64,000 nt of DNA, taken from the sequence record NC_049438.1; one strand, given 5' to 3'. The translations under genes were made by a program, and so were the position numbers. The notes under the pieces are model-generated. The model was not told the DNA's origin, did no database searches, and saw nothing but the letters and a program-made list of their open reading frames with translations. This document shows positions 12,987 through 22,727 of this stretch, piece after piece. Position 1 is the first letter of the stretch. Each line of letters opens with the position of its first letter. The stretch comes from Acinetobacter phage vB_ApiM_fHyAci03.

Positions 12987-14567
12987 ATGTCTCAATTCAA
13001 ACAAAAAACTAAAGAACAATTAATGGAAACTTGGGGTGATTTGCTCACTGCTGAAGGTTTACCAAAAATTGATGAAAGCCGCCATGTAGTAATGGCTAAA
13101 ATCTTCGAAAACCAAGAAGCGGATTTTGCTACTGGCACTGAATACCGTGATCCTGAAATTGTTAAAGCATTTAGTGGTTTCTTAACCGAAGCAGAAATTG
13201 GTGGTGACCATGGTTATGATGCAACAAATATTGCAGCAGGTCAAACTTCTGGTGCTGTAACTCAAATCGGTCCTGCGATTATGGGTATGGTACGCCGTGC
13301 AATTCCTAACTTGATTGCTTTTGATATTTGTGGTGTACAACCTTTAAATGGTCCTACGGGTCAAATCTTCTCGTTACGTTCAGTGTATGGTAAAGATCCT
13401 CTAGCAGCTGGTGCTAAAGAAGCTTTCCACCCAATGCTATCTCCTGACACAATGCATTCAGGTCAAGGTGCTGCTGAAGCATTTGAAAATGTTAAAGCTG
13501 GTGACACATTAGCAATTGGTGATATTAAACGTCATGACTTTGCTGACACAGGTCGTGTATATATCCAAGCAATTAAAGCAGTAACAGTTGATGCTGATGC
13601 TACTGATGCAGAAAAACTTGATGTAGAAATCAAAAAATTAATGGCCTCAGGTTCAGTTGCTGAAATTGGCGCTGGTATGGCTACATCAGTTGCAGAATTG
13701 CAAGAAGGTTTCAATGGTTCACAAAATAACCCTTGGAACGAAATGGGATTCCGTATCGACAAACAATCAGTTGAAGTTAAATCTCGTCAATTGAAAGCAC
13801 AATACTCAATTGAACTTGCGCAAGATTTAAAAGCTGTACATGGTATGGATGCTGATGCCGAATTAGCAGGTATTCTTGCAACAGAAATTATGCTTGAAAT
13901 CAACCGTGAAATTGTTGATTGGATCAACTTCTCAGCTCAAATCGGTAAAACTGGCTTCACACAAACAAATGGCTCTAAAGCAGGTGTATTTGACTTCCAA
14001 GATCCGATCGATGTAAAAGGTGCACGTTGGGCTGGTGAAGCGTATAAAGCGCTTTTAATCCAAATCGATAAAGAAGCTTCAGAAATTGCTCGTCAAACTG
14101 GACGTGGTATCGGTAACTTCATCATCGCATCTCGTAACGTAGTTATGGCACTTGCACAAGTTGATGAACGTGTCAGCCCTGCTGCTCAAGGTCTTGCTTC
14201 TGGTATGAACTACGACACTACTAAAGCAACATTTGCTGGTGTACTTGGTGGTCGTTACAAAGTGTATATCGATCAATATGCACGTGAAGATTATTTCACA
14301 GTTGGTTTCAAAGGTTCAAGCGAACTTGATGCTGGTATTTACTACAGCCCATACGTTCCATTGACTCCATTACGTGGTTCTGATCCTAAGAATTTCCAAC
14401 CAGTGATGGGCTTCAAAACTCGTTATGCAGTTGGTATCAACCCATTCGCAGATACAGTTGCACAAGCTCCAGCTGGTAACAAGCGTATTAGCAATGGTAT
14501 GCCAACCATCGAAAATTCAGCTGGTAAAAACGGTTACTTCCGTAAAGTCTATGTTAAGGGAATCTAA
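12987..14567 (+). CDS. 23: Major capsid protein gp23
   Basis: 526 aa against T4 gp23 at 521 aa. Shares the YSIELAQDLKA-type motif with the gp24 paralogue. Confidence 0.9.
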   Translation: MSQFKQKTKEQLMETWGDLLTAEGLPKIDESRHVVMAKIFENQEADFATGTEYRDPEIVKAFSGFLTEAEIGGDHGYDATNIAAGQTSGAVTQIGPAIMGMVRRAIPNLIAFDICGVQPLNGPTGQIFSLRSVYGKDPLAAGAKEAFHPMLSPDTMHSGQGAAEAFENVKAGDTLAIGDIKRHDFADTGRVYIQAIKAVTVDADATDAEKLDVEIKKLMASGSVAEIGAGMATSVAELQEGFNGSQNNPWNEMGFRIDKQSVEVKSRQLKAQYSIELAQDLKAVHGMDADAELAGILATEIMLEINREIVDWINFSAQIGKTGFTQTNGSKAGVFDFQDPIDVKGARWAGEAYKALLIQIDKEASEIARQTGRGIGNFIIASRNVVMALAQVDERVSPAAQGLASGMNYDTTKATFAGVLGGRYKVYIDQYAREDYFTVGFKGSSELDAGIYYSPYVPLTPLRGSDPKNFQPVMGFKTRYAVGINPFADTVAQAPAGNKRISNGMPTIENSAGKNGYFRKVYVKGI

Positions 14568-14587
14568 TTCCTTTCCATTCTTTGAAA

Positions 14588-14620
14588 AAGTAAAGGGACT
14601 CATTTGAGTCCCTTTTTTGT
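14588..14620. terminator. Bidirectional rho-independent terminator (AAGGGACTC-ATT-GAGTCCCTTTTTT) between gene 23 and the convergent minus-strand ORF
   Basis: 9-bp stem flanked by an A-run and a T-run. Confidence 0.7.
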
Positions 14621-16030
14621 TTTGTATAATATGTTACCACAGTCCCATATTCTCCGTAAACCGTTTGCATAGCAATTTTCAGATTCAGATAGTTCTTCAT
14701 CAAATATTTCTAACTTGTCTTTAAGGACATGCTTCATGTAACCTGAACGATGTTTGAGTTCTCCATCAACAATATAAAAATATCCAGGCTTTGTTACTCC
14801 GACTTTCTCCATTCCCATTTGTTCATATACATTTCCGAAACTCCAGCGTCGATTTGCATATGAAATCAAATTCATTCCTTTAAGAAGTTTTGATGCACCG
14901 CCAACTACACAGGTATATTTTTTAGAACATAGTCTCAATAGTTCCATGTCATATCCTTTATTAAATCGTGGCTTGCCAAACGTTGCAACTTGAACAAGTT
15001 CGCCGTTATAGAACAGACCTTTAGCTGATGCCGCACCACATTTGCCTTGTAGATGGTTCTCTTCACAAAATTCATGCGCTATTGAAACAGAGATATCTCT
15101 AATGTCACATTTTCGAGCATAGATTGATTTTGATTTGCCCAATTTGTGTGAAATGACTGATTTCCAAATTTCACGTTTGATTGGATTTCGCCATTCATTT
15201 TCAAAAATGTGCAATAAGTGGATACCTTGCTTTTCACATTCTTCGGTTTTTGAAATGTGAGAATTTCTAATGTGTTTATCGTCAGCAGAATCTCCTGAAC
15301 TATGCCAGAAAATACCATTGTACTCTATTGCGAGCTTATGCGAAGGAATATACAGATCTAATTCTCTTGGAGGTATTATGTCTCTTCTATTAATATCCAC
15401 TGTAGCGCCTAGGCTTGTTATAAATTCATATAGTTCATCTTCTGCAATTGATCTACTTTTGGTACGAACACCATGATCAAGAGAAATCCTATACATGAAT
15501 GTATAATGGCACCCAATAATTTTAACCAAATCATCAAACCCATGTGTCTCATACATTTTAGTGAATTGGGCTTTATCATATACCCAATCTGGTATATGAT
15601 CTCTGCTTGGTTTTCTCGCCTTTATGGATTTGATGCCTTCTTTGGTGGTCCCGACATCACCATAACGTTCTCTGCGAGTATCCCAAACCTTTTGATGATA
15701 GTCATTTCGTCCTTTGAGAGCTGAAGAGATTTTCTTTGTCCTTGCCTCAACATCAGTGTTGCTTACTTTCTTTTGCTTGACTTCAGGATCGTTAGCCGAA
15801 CATTTTCTACTACAATACAATGATCCAATGGGTGCTGGATTAGAGCATACTTTACATTTAGGCAGTTCTGTTAGACCTAGCATTGCTAGTTTCATAACCG
15901 TGCTATCATCAAGACTGGCGTCGTACGCTGAACGATCAAACTTATCTGGATTATTCTGCACTAATTTCCGCCAGTTTGGGTTTAGTTTGCCCTTTGCATT
16001 CTTAAAAAAATCTATGTCTATCATCATCAT
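14600..16030 (-). CDS. Putative free-standing homing endonuclease-like protein, with a Zn-finger and a Vsr/PD-(D/E)XK-like core
   Basis: 476-aa ORF antisense to the late cluster, between 23 and 24. Cys4 cluster KCKVCSN…CSRKC. Vsr-like block ELDLYIPSHKLAIEYNGIFWHS. C-terminal YARKC…NHLQG block reminiscent of phage homing-endonuclease families. Confidence 0.4.
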   Translation of the reverse strand: MMMIDIDFFKNAKGKLNPNWRKLVQNNPDKFDRSAYDASLDDSTVMKLAMLGLTELPKCKVCSNPAPIGSLYCSRKCSANDPEVKQKKVSNTDVEARTKKISSALKGRNDYHQKVWDTRRERYGDVGTTKEGIKSIKARKPSRDHIPDWVYDKAQFTKMYETHGFDDLVKIIGCHYTFMYRISLDHGVRTKSRSIAEDELYEFITSLGATVDINRRDIIPPRELDLYIPSHKLAIEYNGIFWHSSGDSADDKHIRNSHISKTEECEKQGIHLLHIFENEWRNPIKREIWKSVISHKLGKSKSIYARKCDIRDISVSIAHEFCEENHLQGKCGAASAKGLFYNGELVQVATFGKPRFNKGYDMELLRLCSKKYTCVVGGASKLLKGMNLISYANRRWSFGNVYEQMGMEKVGVTKPGYFYIVDGELKHRSGYMKHVLKDKLEIFDEELSESENCYANGLRRIWDCGNILYKTKKGLK

Positions 16031-16072
16031 CCACTCAATAGAAGTGTATAGGTATAATTATATATCATCGCA

Positions 16073-16080
16073 TATAAATA
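16073..16080 (+). promoter_or_regulatory. Late promoter TATAAATA upstream of gene 24
   Basis: Exact consensus 31 nt upstream of the gp24 ATG. Confidence 0.5.
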
Positions 16081-16111
16081 GTAAATATACGCGTATAAAA
16101 GGAACCAATTT

Positions 16112-17383
16112 ATGAATCAAAAACATATTGATAAACTTATGATTGAATCTGTTCAATCTTCTGATAGCTTAATTGACAAGCCAGCATTATTAGGACTAAC
16201 ACGAGCTACAACAAATTTAGTCTATCATGACTTAGTTGCAACTCAATACACTGATAAGCCTATCGCTGCTCTATTTGGTGTAAAGTACCTTAATCCAAAT
16301 AAAGAATTAACATTCGTTACTGGCGCAACCTATGGCGGTGCTTACGGAGAAAAAGAACGTGCATCTATGGTAGAAGCAACCATTGGTATGACTCCATTAA
16401 AAGGCACCGAATTTAAGCACAATAATATTGTATACAAAGTACTAGTTGACGATCCATTTGCAGGCATTACTGAAACAGAATTAGATGACATTATCGCAGA
16501 AGCAATCATTCTATCAACGATTAGACTCGCATCTGAAGCGGCAGAAACATCAAAATTTGAAGCAGAAGATTCATCAATTTCTGATTCTCGGTTTGAGATC
16601 AATCGTTGGCAGGCTAATGTCAAGTCTCGTAAGTTAAAAACTGAATTGTCAGTTGAGCTTGCACAAGATTTAGAAGCCGCAGGTTTTGATACTGCCGAGT
16701 TGTTAGAAGATCTATTAGCTACACAAATGGCAGAAGAAATTAACAAAGACATCATGCAGTCGTTGATTACTGTTTCACGTAGATTCAAAATTGATGGTGC
16801 AGAAAATGCTATCCTAGATTTATCTGCAGTAGGAAGTTCAGTCGATCAAGCTCGTAATTTATATCGCTATGTATGTGAAATGAATGCGAATATTCAAAAA
16901 ACTACTGCATATAGCGCTACATTTGTACTTGCTTCTGCTCGTGTTGCGGCTCTATTATGTTCGTCTGGATGGGTTAAAGCAAATGCAGATGAAACACCAG
17001 ATGCATCGATGGGTGTCCTTAAAAATGGTCTTGCACTATATTCAGATAACAACAGTCCAGTAGATTATATTATTGTTGGTGTAAAATCATCATTTGGCGA
17101 ACAAGAAAATGTTGGGTCATTATTTTACGCTCCATATGTTGAAGGACGTCCCGAAGGCTCTGATCCGACCGACCATGTCGGTGCATACAAGGTCATTAAT
17201 GATCCGAATAGTTTGCAACCAAAAATCATGTTACTTATTCGATATGCGTTATCTGTGAACCCTTATACGGTCGGACTCACTGATGCACAGGCAAAAGTTG
17301 TTGATTCTACAAATTTAGATAACTTCGCGGGTCAAAGTGATATGTCGATCATACTCGGTGTCAAATTGCCAAAATTAAAGTAA
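16112..17383 (+). CDS. 24: Capsid vertex protein gp24
   Basis: 423 aa against T4 gp24 at 427 aa. Paralogous to gp23 (ELSVELAQDLEA). Confidence 0.85.
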   Translation: MNQKHIDKLMIESVQSSDSLIDKPALLGLTRATTNLVYHDLVATQYTDKPIAALFGVKYLNPNKELTFVTGATYGGAYGEKERASMVEATIGMTPLKGTEFKHNNIVYKVLVDDPFAGITETELDDIIAEAIILSTIRLASEAAETSKFEAEDSSISDSRFEINRWQANVKSRKLKTELSVELAQDLEAAGFDTAELLEDLLATQMAEEINKDIMQSLITVSRRFKIDGAENAILDLSAVGSSVDQARNLYRYVCEMNANIQKTTAYSATFVLASARVAALLCSSGWVKANADETPDASMGVLKNGLALYSDNNSPVDYIIVGVKSSFGEQENVGSLFYAPYVEGRPEGSDPTDHVGAYKVINDPNSLQPKIMLLIRYALSVNPYTVGLTDAQAKVVDSTNLDNFAGQSDMSIILGVKLPKLK

Positions 17384-17409
17384 CATTTCTACTGAGATAA
17401 ATTACACAC

Positions 17410-17440
17410 AAAAAGGGAGCCAAATGGCTCCCTTTTTGTT
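17410..17440. terminator. Bidirectional terminator (AAAAAGGGAGCC-AAAT-GGCTCCCTTTTTG) between the convergent gp24 and hoc
   Basis: 8-bp GC-rich stem with flanking A-run and T-run. Confidence 0.7.
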
Positions 17441-18526
17441 TTAATATATGATTCCGGCATCCAATGCAGAACGATGAACAATACGTCCATGTCTAGATTC
17501 TTGGACATCCACTTCCGGGAAATCTTTAATCATTTTAGCTAAAGTTAACAAATGATAGTAGTATGGATTATCTTCCGGAGGTTGTTTCCAATCACCACCA
17601 GTTTTTGTAATCTTTTCAATTTCATCCATTACCCACCAACCAGCCCAAATATATGCAGAATTACGATGTGGAAGAGGATGGACATATTGTCGTTTATCTT
17701 CAGGTATAACGATTTCTTTTTCTGCAACATTAACCGATGTACTTTTCTTAACAGTGAACGGCAAATAATTTGCATGTGTTGCAGTTAATGTACATTCATG
17801 GTTAACTGTACCAACGCTTGAAGCCGTTACATTAATTTTTGCTGTTGTCTCTCCAGTATTCCAAGCGTAAGCATAAGTAACACCAGCTGGGCCGCCTGAG
17901 GCAATAGCATCAACAGAATAAACATCACCAACTTTAACATCAGAACTATCCGCCAACACGTTAAAATTGACACCAGTCATTGCAGTTTTATTAACTGTGA
18001 TTGTTAATTCATTCGAATCAATAATCTTATCAGTATAATCAGTTGCTTTGACTGTGATCTTACATGTAAGCTTTACTGGTCCAGGAGCAGTTGGTGTTTT
18101 AGTTGTAGTTGCAGTAGTCGAACCATCCGACCAAAGATATGTTATTGTTGCGCCAGCTGGTTGACCTGCAACAGTTGCTGTTGCTGTATAAGATTCACCA
18201 AAATTAATAGTAGGTTTCGATGTAGCAATAGAACCGGTAGTAGTCTGGGTAATTTTAGTTACAGTTAAGTTCGTTGTTGCCGTTTTAACATCATCGGCTT
18301 CGCCTTCGACTTTAGTTGTCGATGTAACTTTAATTACATTTGTGCCTACCTTTGTAGTTACATAGTCTAACGTATTAGTTGTTGAAGTTTGAGCAACTCC
18401 ATCGACTTCCCATTTATATTCAACAGTCGAACCTTCTGGCGCACCAGTAACAGTTGCAGTAAACTTTTGAGTTTTCCCTTTTTCGACAGAAGGGTTAACT
18501 GGGGATATTTGTAATGTTGTTGCCAT
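17441..18526 (-). CDS. hoc: Highly immunogenic outer capsid protein Hoc, with three Ig-like domains
   Basis: 361 aa against T4 Hoc at 376 aa. Three repeats of the type …TGAPEGSTVEYKW…, …GQPAGATITYLW…, …GGPAGVTYAYAW…, consistent with Ig-like BIG domains. Position after 24 matches T4. Confidence 0.7.
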   Translation of the reverse strand: MATTLQISPVNPSVEKGKTQKFTATVTGAPEGSTVEYKWEVDGVAQTSTTNTLDYVTTKVGTNVIKVTSTTKVEGEADDVKTATTNLTVTKITQTTTGSIATSKPTINFGESYTATATVAGQPAGATITYLWSDGSTTATTTKTPTAPGPVKLTCKITVKATDYTDKIIDSNELTITVNKTAMTGVNFNVLADSSDVKVGDVYSVDAIASGGPAGVTYAYAWNTGETTAKINVTASSVGTVNHECTLTATHANYLPFTVKKSTSVNVAEKEIVIPEDKRQYVHPLPHRNSAYIWAGWWVMDEIEKITKTGGDWKQPPEDNPYYYHLLTLAKMIKDFPEVDVQESRHGRIVHRSALDAGIIY

Positions 18527-18535
18527 TAGTTGTCC

Positions 18536-19246
18536 TTAGCTTAAAGTCACAAAACTTGAATTTCGTGTTTCACGAATACGGACAGAGCCGTCACGATTGA
18601 TGTAATAAATTAAACTTTTCAGTACATCTAATCCATGGTAATGCGGGAAAGCATTTGGGTTAGATTTCCAGTCAGGATTTTGTGTGATCCATTCATAGAT
18701 CCACCATGGTAGTGTGTAATATCCTGGCGCAGGACCAATGAGTTCAAATGCAGGTTTAAAATTATCCGGCAAAACTGATTTTGGCGATTCAATATCTTGA
18801 GGCACAATTTCCGCTGAAAGCTTAATTTCTTGTACAGGTGTTATAGGTTTAATAACAACATCGGCTACAACTTTTTCACCAAGCTCACCAGTTTCAGTTC
18901 GAACATCGATAATTTTAAAATCTTCAACCACAGGTGAATCAATTAACAATTTTTGTGCTTGTTCTTTGACTTCATCAAAAACTAGTTTGCCATCTGAGCT
19001 ATCAGCCGCAGTGATCAAATCATTGATTGTCAAGCCTTCATTTTCTTCAGGCAGTGGCTCATTAGCCAATTCAGCGAGTCCGGCTTTAATATCAGCTACA
19101 ATTGAATCAAACGATTTTGTCTTTTTAATTCTGATGCCAAACGTTGCTGCGTATTCTGCTAACTTCTCTTTGGCAAGACGCTTGTCTTCAACTGAAATTT
19201 GCTCTAACTCTTTTATATAATCATGATCTAACATGTATTTCTCCAA
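18536..19246 (-). CDS. inh: Putative Inh (inhibitor of prohead protease), assigned by position
   Basis: 236 aa against T4 Inh at 226 aa. Sits between hoc and uvsW as in T4. Acidic protein. No motif-level confirmation. Confidence 0.45.
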   Translation of the reverse strand: MEKYMLDHDYIKELEQISVEDKRLAKEKLAEYAATFGIRIKKTKSFDSIVADIKAGLAELANEPLPEENEGLTINDLITAADSSDGKLVFDEVKEQAQKLLIDSPVVEDFKIIDVRTETGELGEKVVADVVIKPITPVQEIKLSAEIVPQDIESPKSVLPDNFKPAFELIGPAPGYYTLPWWIYEWITQNPDWKSNPNAFPHYHGLDVLKSLIYYINRDGSVRIRETRNSSFVTLS

Positions 19247-19264
19247 TATGGGATTAATTTATTT

Positions 19265-19272
19265 TATTTATA
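19265..19272 (-). promoter_or_regulatory. Late promoter (TATAAATA on the minus strand) for inh and hoc
   Basis: Exact reverse-complement consensus 19 nt upstream of the inh start. Confidence 0.5.
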
Positions 19273-19278
19273 CTTGCG

Positions 19279-19286
19279 TATAAATA
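19279..19286 (+). promoter_or_regulatory. Late promoter TATAAATA upstream of uvsW
   Basis: Exact consensus 30 nt upstream of the uvsW ATG. Divergent partner of the minus-strand promoter 7 nt away. Confidence 0.5.
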
Positions 19287-19315
19287 TCTTTATACTAAAG
19301 CTTAGGTAAAGAATC

Positions 19316-20830
19316 ATGAGTGACATCAACGTAATGTTTTACGATTATAGCCACATCAAGATCAGTACCCAGCAGTCGATATTCAGAGAACTAAGAGATT
19401 ACTTCTCATTTTATGTGGATGGATATCAGTTTTCGCCTAAATATGTTTATGGTACTTGGGATGGAAGATTAAAGATGCTTGGAACTGATGGCTTGCTACC
19501 ATTTGGCCTTTTAGGACAAGTAGTAAAATTTGCGCAGAATAATATGCTATCAATTGCTATCCATCCAGATGTTTCAGCTAAAACTGAAATGACACGTGAC
19601 GCCTTCAATGATTGGATTAGTTCTAAGACGTATTATTCTGGCTCAGAAGAAATCTTCCCATATTGGTATCAACTCAATGCAGTATATGAAGCCATTGTTA
19701 ACAAGCGCAGAATTTTGAATTTGCCTACATCAGCCGGTAAATCGTTAATTCAAGCCTTATTGTCAAAATATGTCATAGAAACATCAGATCGTTCAGTTTT
19801 AATTTTAGTGCCAACAACTTCTCTTGTAACTCAGATGAAAGATGATTTTGTTGATTATCGATTGTTTGAAGAAGATGAGATTGCAGAAGTTCGTTCAGGC
19901 AAGCGCCAAAAGCATGAACGAATTGTTATTTCTACATGGCAATCAGCTATCAAAAAGCCAAAGGAATGGTTCAATCAATTCAATATGTTATTGTGTGATG
20001 AAATGCATTTAGCCATTGGCAAATCTATTTCAGAAATCATTAACAAATTAAACTACTGTGAATTCAAAATAGGCTTGTCTGGATCACTACGTGATGGCAA
20101 AGCCAATTTAATGCAGTATATTGGATTGTTTGGTGAAATCTATAGCCCAGTTAGCACAAAGGACTTAATGAATGATGGACAAGTTTCACAACTTCGAATT
20201 AACGCGTTATTCTTGAAATACCCAGAAACAGTTTCAAATGCAATGGCTAAACATGACTATGCAACAGAAGTTAAGTTCATTACAAACTTAGCCAAACGAA
20301 CACAATGGATTTCAAATCTATCATTACGACTTGCAAATAGATCAGAAAATGTTTTTGTCATGTTTAAAAATATTGAGCACGGTAAAGCGATTTATGACAG
20401 CATAAAATCTAGTGGTCATGAACATGTGTATTATGTTTCAGGTGAAGTTAGTTCAGATGAACGAACACATTTGAAGAAAATGGCTGAAGAACACACAGGT
20501 GTAATCATCATTGCTTCATACGGAGTTTTCTCTACAGGTATTTCCGTTAGAAATCTACATCATGTCATTTTAGCTCACGGAGTAAAATCAAAGGTTATAG
20601 TCCTGCAGACAATCGGGCGTGTTTTGCGAAAACATTCTAGCAAAAAGGTTGCACAGATTTGGGATCTAATTGATGATATGTCTATTACTGTCGAACGAGA
20701 CGGAGCAAAACAACGTAAAAATGTTAATTATTTGTTGAAACACGGTATAGACCGTGTTGAACGGTATGCTGCAGAGCAATTTGACTATATTATGAAGGAC
20801 GTTTACTTTTTAGAGAATAACCGCTCATGA
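19316..20830 (+). CDS. uvsW: UvsW DNA/RNA helicase (SF2, DExH)
   Basis: 504 aa against T4 UvsW at 503 aa. Walker A LPTSAGKS and a DExH box (LLCDEMH). Confidence 0.85.
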   Translation: MSDINVMFYDYSHIKISTQQSIFRELRDYFSFYVDGYQFSPKYVYGTWDGRLKMLGTDGLLPFGLLGQVVKFAQNNMLSIAIHPDVSAKTEMTRDAFNDWISSKTYYSGSEEIFPYWYQLNAVYEAIVNKRRILNLPTSAGKSLIQALLSKYVIETSDRSVLILVPTTSLVTQMKDDFVDYRLFEEDEIAEVRSGKRQKHERIVISTWQSAIKKPKEWFNQFNMLLCDEMHLAIGKSISEIINKLNYCEFKIGLSGSLRDGKANLMQYIGLFGEIYSPVSTKDLMNDGQVSQLRINALFLKYPETVSNAMAKHDYATEVKFITNLAKRTQWISNLSLRLANRSENVFVMFKNIEHGKAIYDSIKSSGHEHVYYVSGEVSSDERTHLKKMAEEHTGVIIIASYGVFSTGISVRNLHHVILAHGVKSKVIVLQTIGRVLRKHSSKKVAQIWDLIDDMSITVERDGAKQRKNVNYLLKHGIDRVERYAAEQFDYIMKDVYFLENNRS

Positions 20831-21621
20831 ATTACAAAAGAATATACGATGAACTTATTAATAATGCGCTAAATCGTGCTAGTGTCAAATCTAAAGCTGC
20901 TCCTGGAGAATTAGAAACGCATCACATCGTGCCTAAATGCATTGGCGGCACTAATGATACTACGAATTTAGTTAATCTTACCACCAGAGAGCATATTATC
21001 GCGCATCTTTTGCTTGCTAAAATTCATGGCGGGAAATTAGTACGAGCCGCCATGGCAATGCATATGGGGCGCCCTTTATATAAATCGTCACGAGGCTTGG
21101 CAGCAATACGAAGTGAGTTTTCAAAACAACGAAAGGAACAAATGAAGGGAAATACATTTGGCTCTTATGTTTGGACACCTGAACGCAAAAATATACACAA
21201 ACAAGCGATGAGCTTGGTAGGGTATACTGATGCTAAACGTAAAGCTCTAGAGAAAGCGTGGGCTAAAAATACCGGGTCCAAGCAAACACCTGAAAGTAAT
21301 TTTAAGCGTTCAAATAGTATGAAATTATTAGGGTTTGTCCCGGTTAAAGCAGGAGACTTTAAGACTTGTTCTAATGCTGGCAAAGCCAATAAAGGTGTCA
21401 AGAAATCATTTAGGTCTGAGTCACATAGTGAAAATTGGAAACGGTCATTTAAACAAAGGTACCCTATTTGGGAGTATGAAGACCAGATACGAGAAATATG
21501 GTACGCCCATGATAAACCTAAAGTAGCAACTTTAAGAAAGATCGCTACGGCTAAAGGCATACCAGAAGGACACCTCGGTAAAATGTGTGCTAACTTTTTT
21601 AAACAAGATGGGACCAAATAG
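20827..21621 (+). CDS. HNH homing endonuclease (free-standing)
   Basis: HNH motif HHIVPKCIGGTNDTTNLVNLTTREHIIAH. ATGA-coupled to the uvsW stop. Basic C-terminal region. Occupies the uvsW.1/uvsY slot. Confidence 0.75.
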   Translation: MNYKRIYDELINNALNRASVKSKAAPGELETHHIVPKCIGGTNDTTNLVNLTTREHIIAHLLLAKIHGGKLVRAAMAMHMGRPLYKSSRGLAAIRSEFSKQRKEQMKGNTFGSYVWTPERKNIHKQAMSLVGYTDAKRKALEKAWAKNTGSKQTPESNFKRSNSMKLLGFVPVKAGDFKTCSNAGKANKGVKKSFRSESHSENWKRSFKQRYPIWEYEDQIREIWYAHDKPKVATLRKIATAKGIPEGHLGKMCANFFKQDGTK

Positions 21622-21630
21622 GTCCCTTTG
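21608..21630 (+). terminator. Hairpin GGGACC-AAATA-GGTCCC followed by TTTG
   Basis: 6-bp GC stem overlapping the end of the HNH ORF, with a short T-run. Confidence 0.4.
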
Positions 21631-21635
21631 TGCTA

Positions 21636-21905
21636 TCAATAATTTTCGTCACAGTCTTCACACATTTTGCGATCAGCTATTTCATTGTAGACACGAATTT
21701 CAACTCGTCGCCAATGATCACACTCTTCACAACAAAACACACGAGTTTCTAAGTTGTCAATAAAGATGACTGAATGCTTTAGATTCGGATCTAAATTCAT
21801 TTCGATCAAATTTTTCTCTAGCGCATTACCCCAAGTTTCTTCTAAACCGTCTAGGCGTTCTGCTAGCCCATCCATTTGGATATCGTCTGGTTGCTCAAAT
21901 TTCAT
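21636..21905 (-). CDS. Hypothetical protein with a C-terminal Cys4 zinc ribbon
   Basis: 89 aa. CCEECDHW…CEDCDENY at the C-terminus. Confidence 0.4.
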   Translation of the reverse strand: MKFEQPDDIQMDGLAERLDGLEETWGNALEKNLIEMNLDPNLKHSVIFIDNLETRVFCCEECDHWRRVEIRVYNEIADRKMCEDCDENY

Positions 21906-22167
21906 AAGGCTTACTCCAAAATGTTAAAAATCTATTGCGCATTTCATCATCGCATAAGTTGAAAATAATCAAACAAATCGAATCATGGTCTTCTTCATCA
22001 AAAAACTTGACTAGGCCTGTCATAGATTTTTTAGATCCATCAGAAAATGCTAAACATTTTCCATCTTTATTGCGCAGTATTATTTCTTGGCACCAGTTAT
22101 GCACCTCAAGTTTAAATATTTTGCCATTAGCGTTTATTGTTACAATAGATGTAGGTAAAGTAACCAT
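21895..22167 (-). CDS. Hypothetical protein
   Basis: 90-aa ORF with tight, overlapping spacing to its neighbours. Confidence 0.35.
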   Translation of the reverse strand: MVTLPTSIVTINANGKIFKLEVHNWCQEIILRNKDGKCLAFSDGSKKSMTGLVKFFDEEDHDSICLIIFNLCDDEMRNRFLTFWSKPYEI

Positions 22168-22484
22168 TATTTGTACTCCTTTTCATCTACATAAAATTCG
22201 ATGAATTTGTCGACATCCTTGGATGTTGCGTATGCTGTTACAACCCCACGTTCAAAGTCAAAACTTTTAACTAATAAACGTTCATGCCATGGATCAACTG
22301 CCCAACCAAATGGATATTTACGATACGGACAAACATAATGGACATTACATTCTTCAACGCCATTGAACATTAAACCAGGAGATCCAACAAATTGAACTAC
22401 CCATCGTTCAGATGTGTTACGTACAGTAGGCGTATCGCATGTTAATTTAGTAGTTTCAGCGCGAAATGAATTAACTTTGCCCAT
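22167..22484 (-). CDS. Hypothetical protein
   Basis: 105-aa ORF. ATGA-type coupling to the downstream ORF. Confidence 0.4.
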   Translation of the reverse strand: MGKVNSFRAETTKLTCDTPTVRNTSERWVVQFVGSPGLMFNGVEECNVHYVCPYRKYPFGWAVDPWHERLLVKSFDFERGVVTAYATSKDVDKFIEFYVDEKEYK

Positions 22485-22559
22485 GATATTTTACTCATAT
22501 CGTTTAATATGTATGCATTATATACCACAAAAGGACCATAGTAAATAGTCCTTTGTAGA

Positions 22560-22727
22560 TTATTTTAGCTTTTTATCAGTGTACTTGCAACAAGGTACAA
22601 AATGAGAAATATAAACTCCTTGTTCATGACATGGACATCCACATTTTTTAATAATCTCATTCTGCTGTGCTGTTAGCACAGGTTTCCCAATTTTAAGAAT
22701 TTTGTTTAGTACTTTTACTAATTTCAT
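22560..22727 (-). CDS. Small Cys-rich hypothetical protein (55 aa)
   Basis: Translated by hand as MKLVKVLNKILKIGKPVLTAQQNEIIKKCGCPCHEQGVYISHFVPCCKYTDKKLK. ATGA overlap with the upstream small ORF. Below the ORF-track length cut-off. Confidence 0.3.
   Translation of the reverse strand: MKLVKVLNKILKIGKPVLTAQQNEIIKKCGCPCHEQGVYISHFVPCCKYTDKKLK

Noticed and set aside
15714-16115. 133-aa plus-strand ORF and other small plus-strand ORFs at 15270..15724
   Set aside because: They lie antisense inside the 476-aa endonuclease-like ORF, and no independent signal supports them.
21165-21617. 150-aa minus-strand ORF overlapping the HNH endonuclease gene
   Set aside because: It lies antisense within an ORF that carries a clear HNH motif and has no supporting start context.
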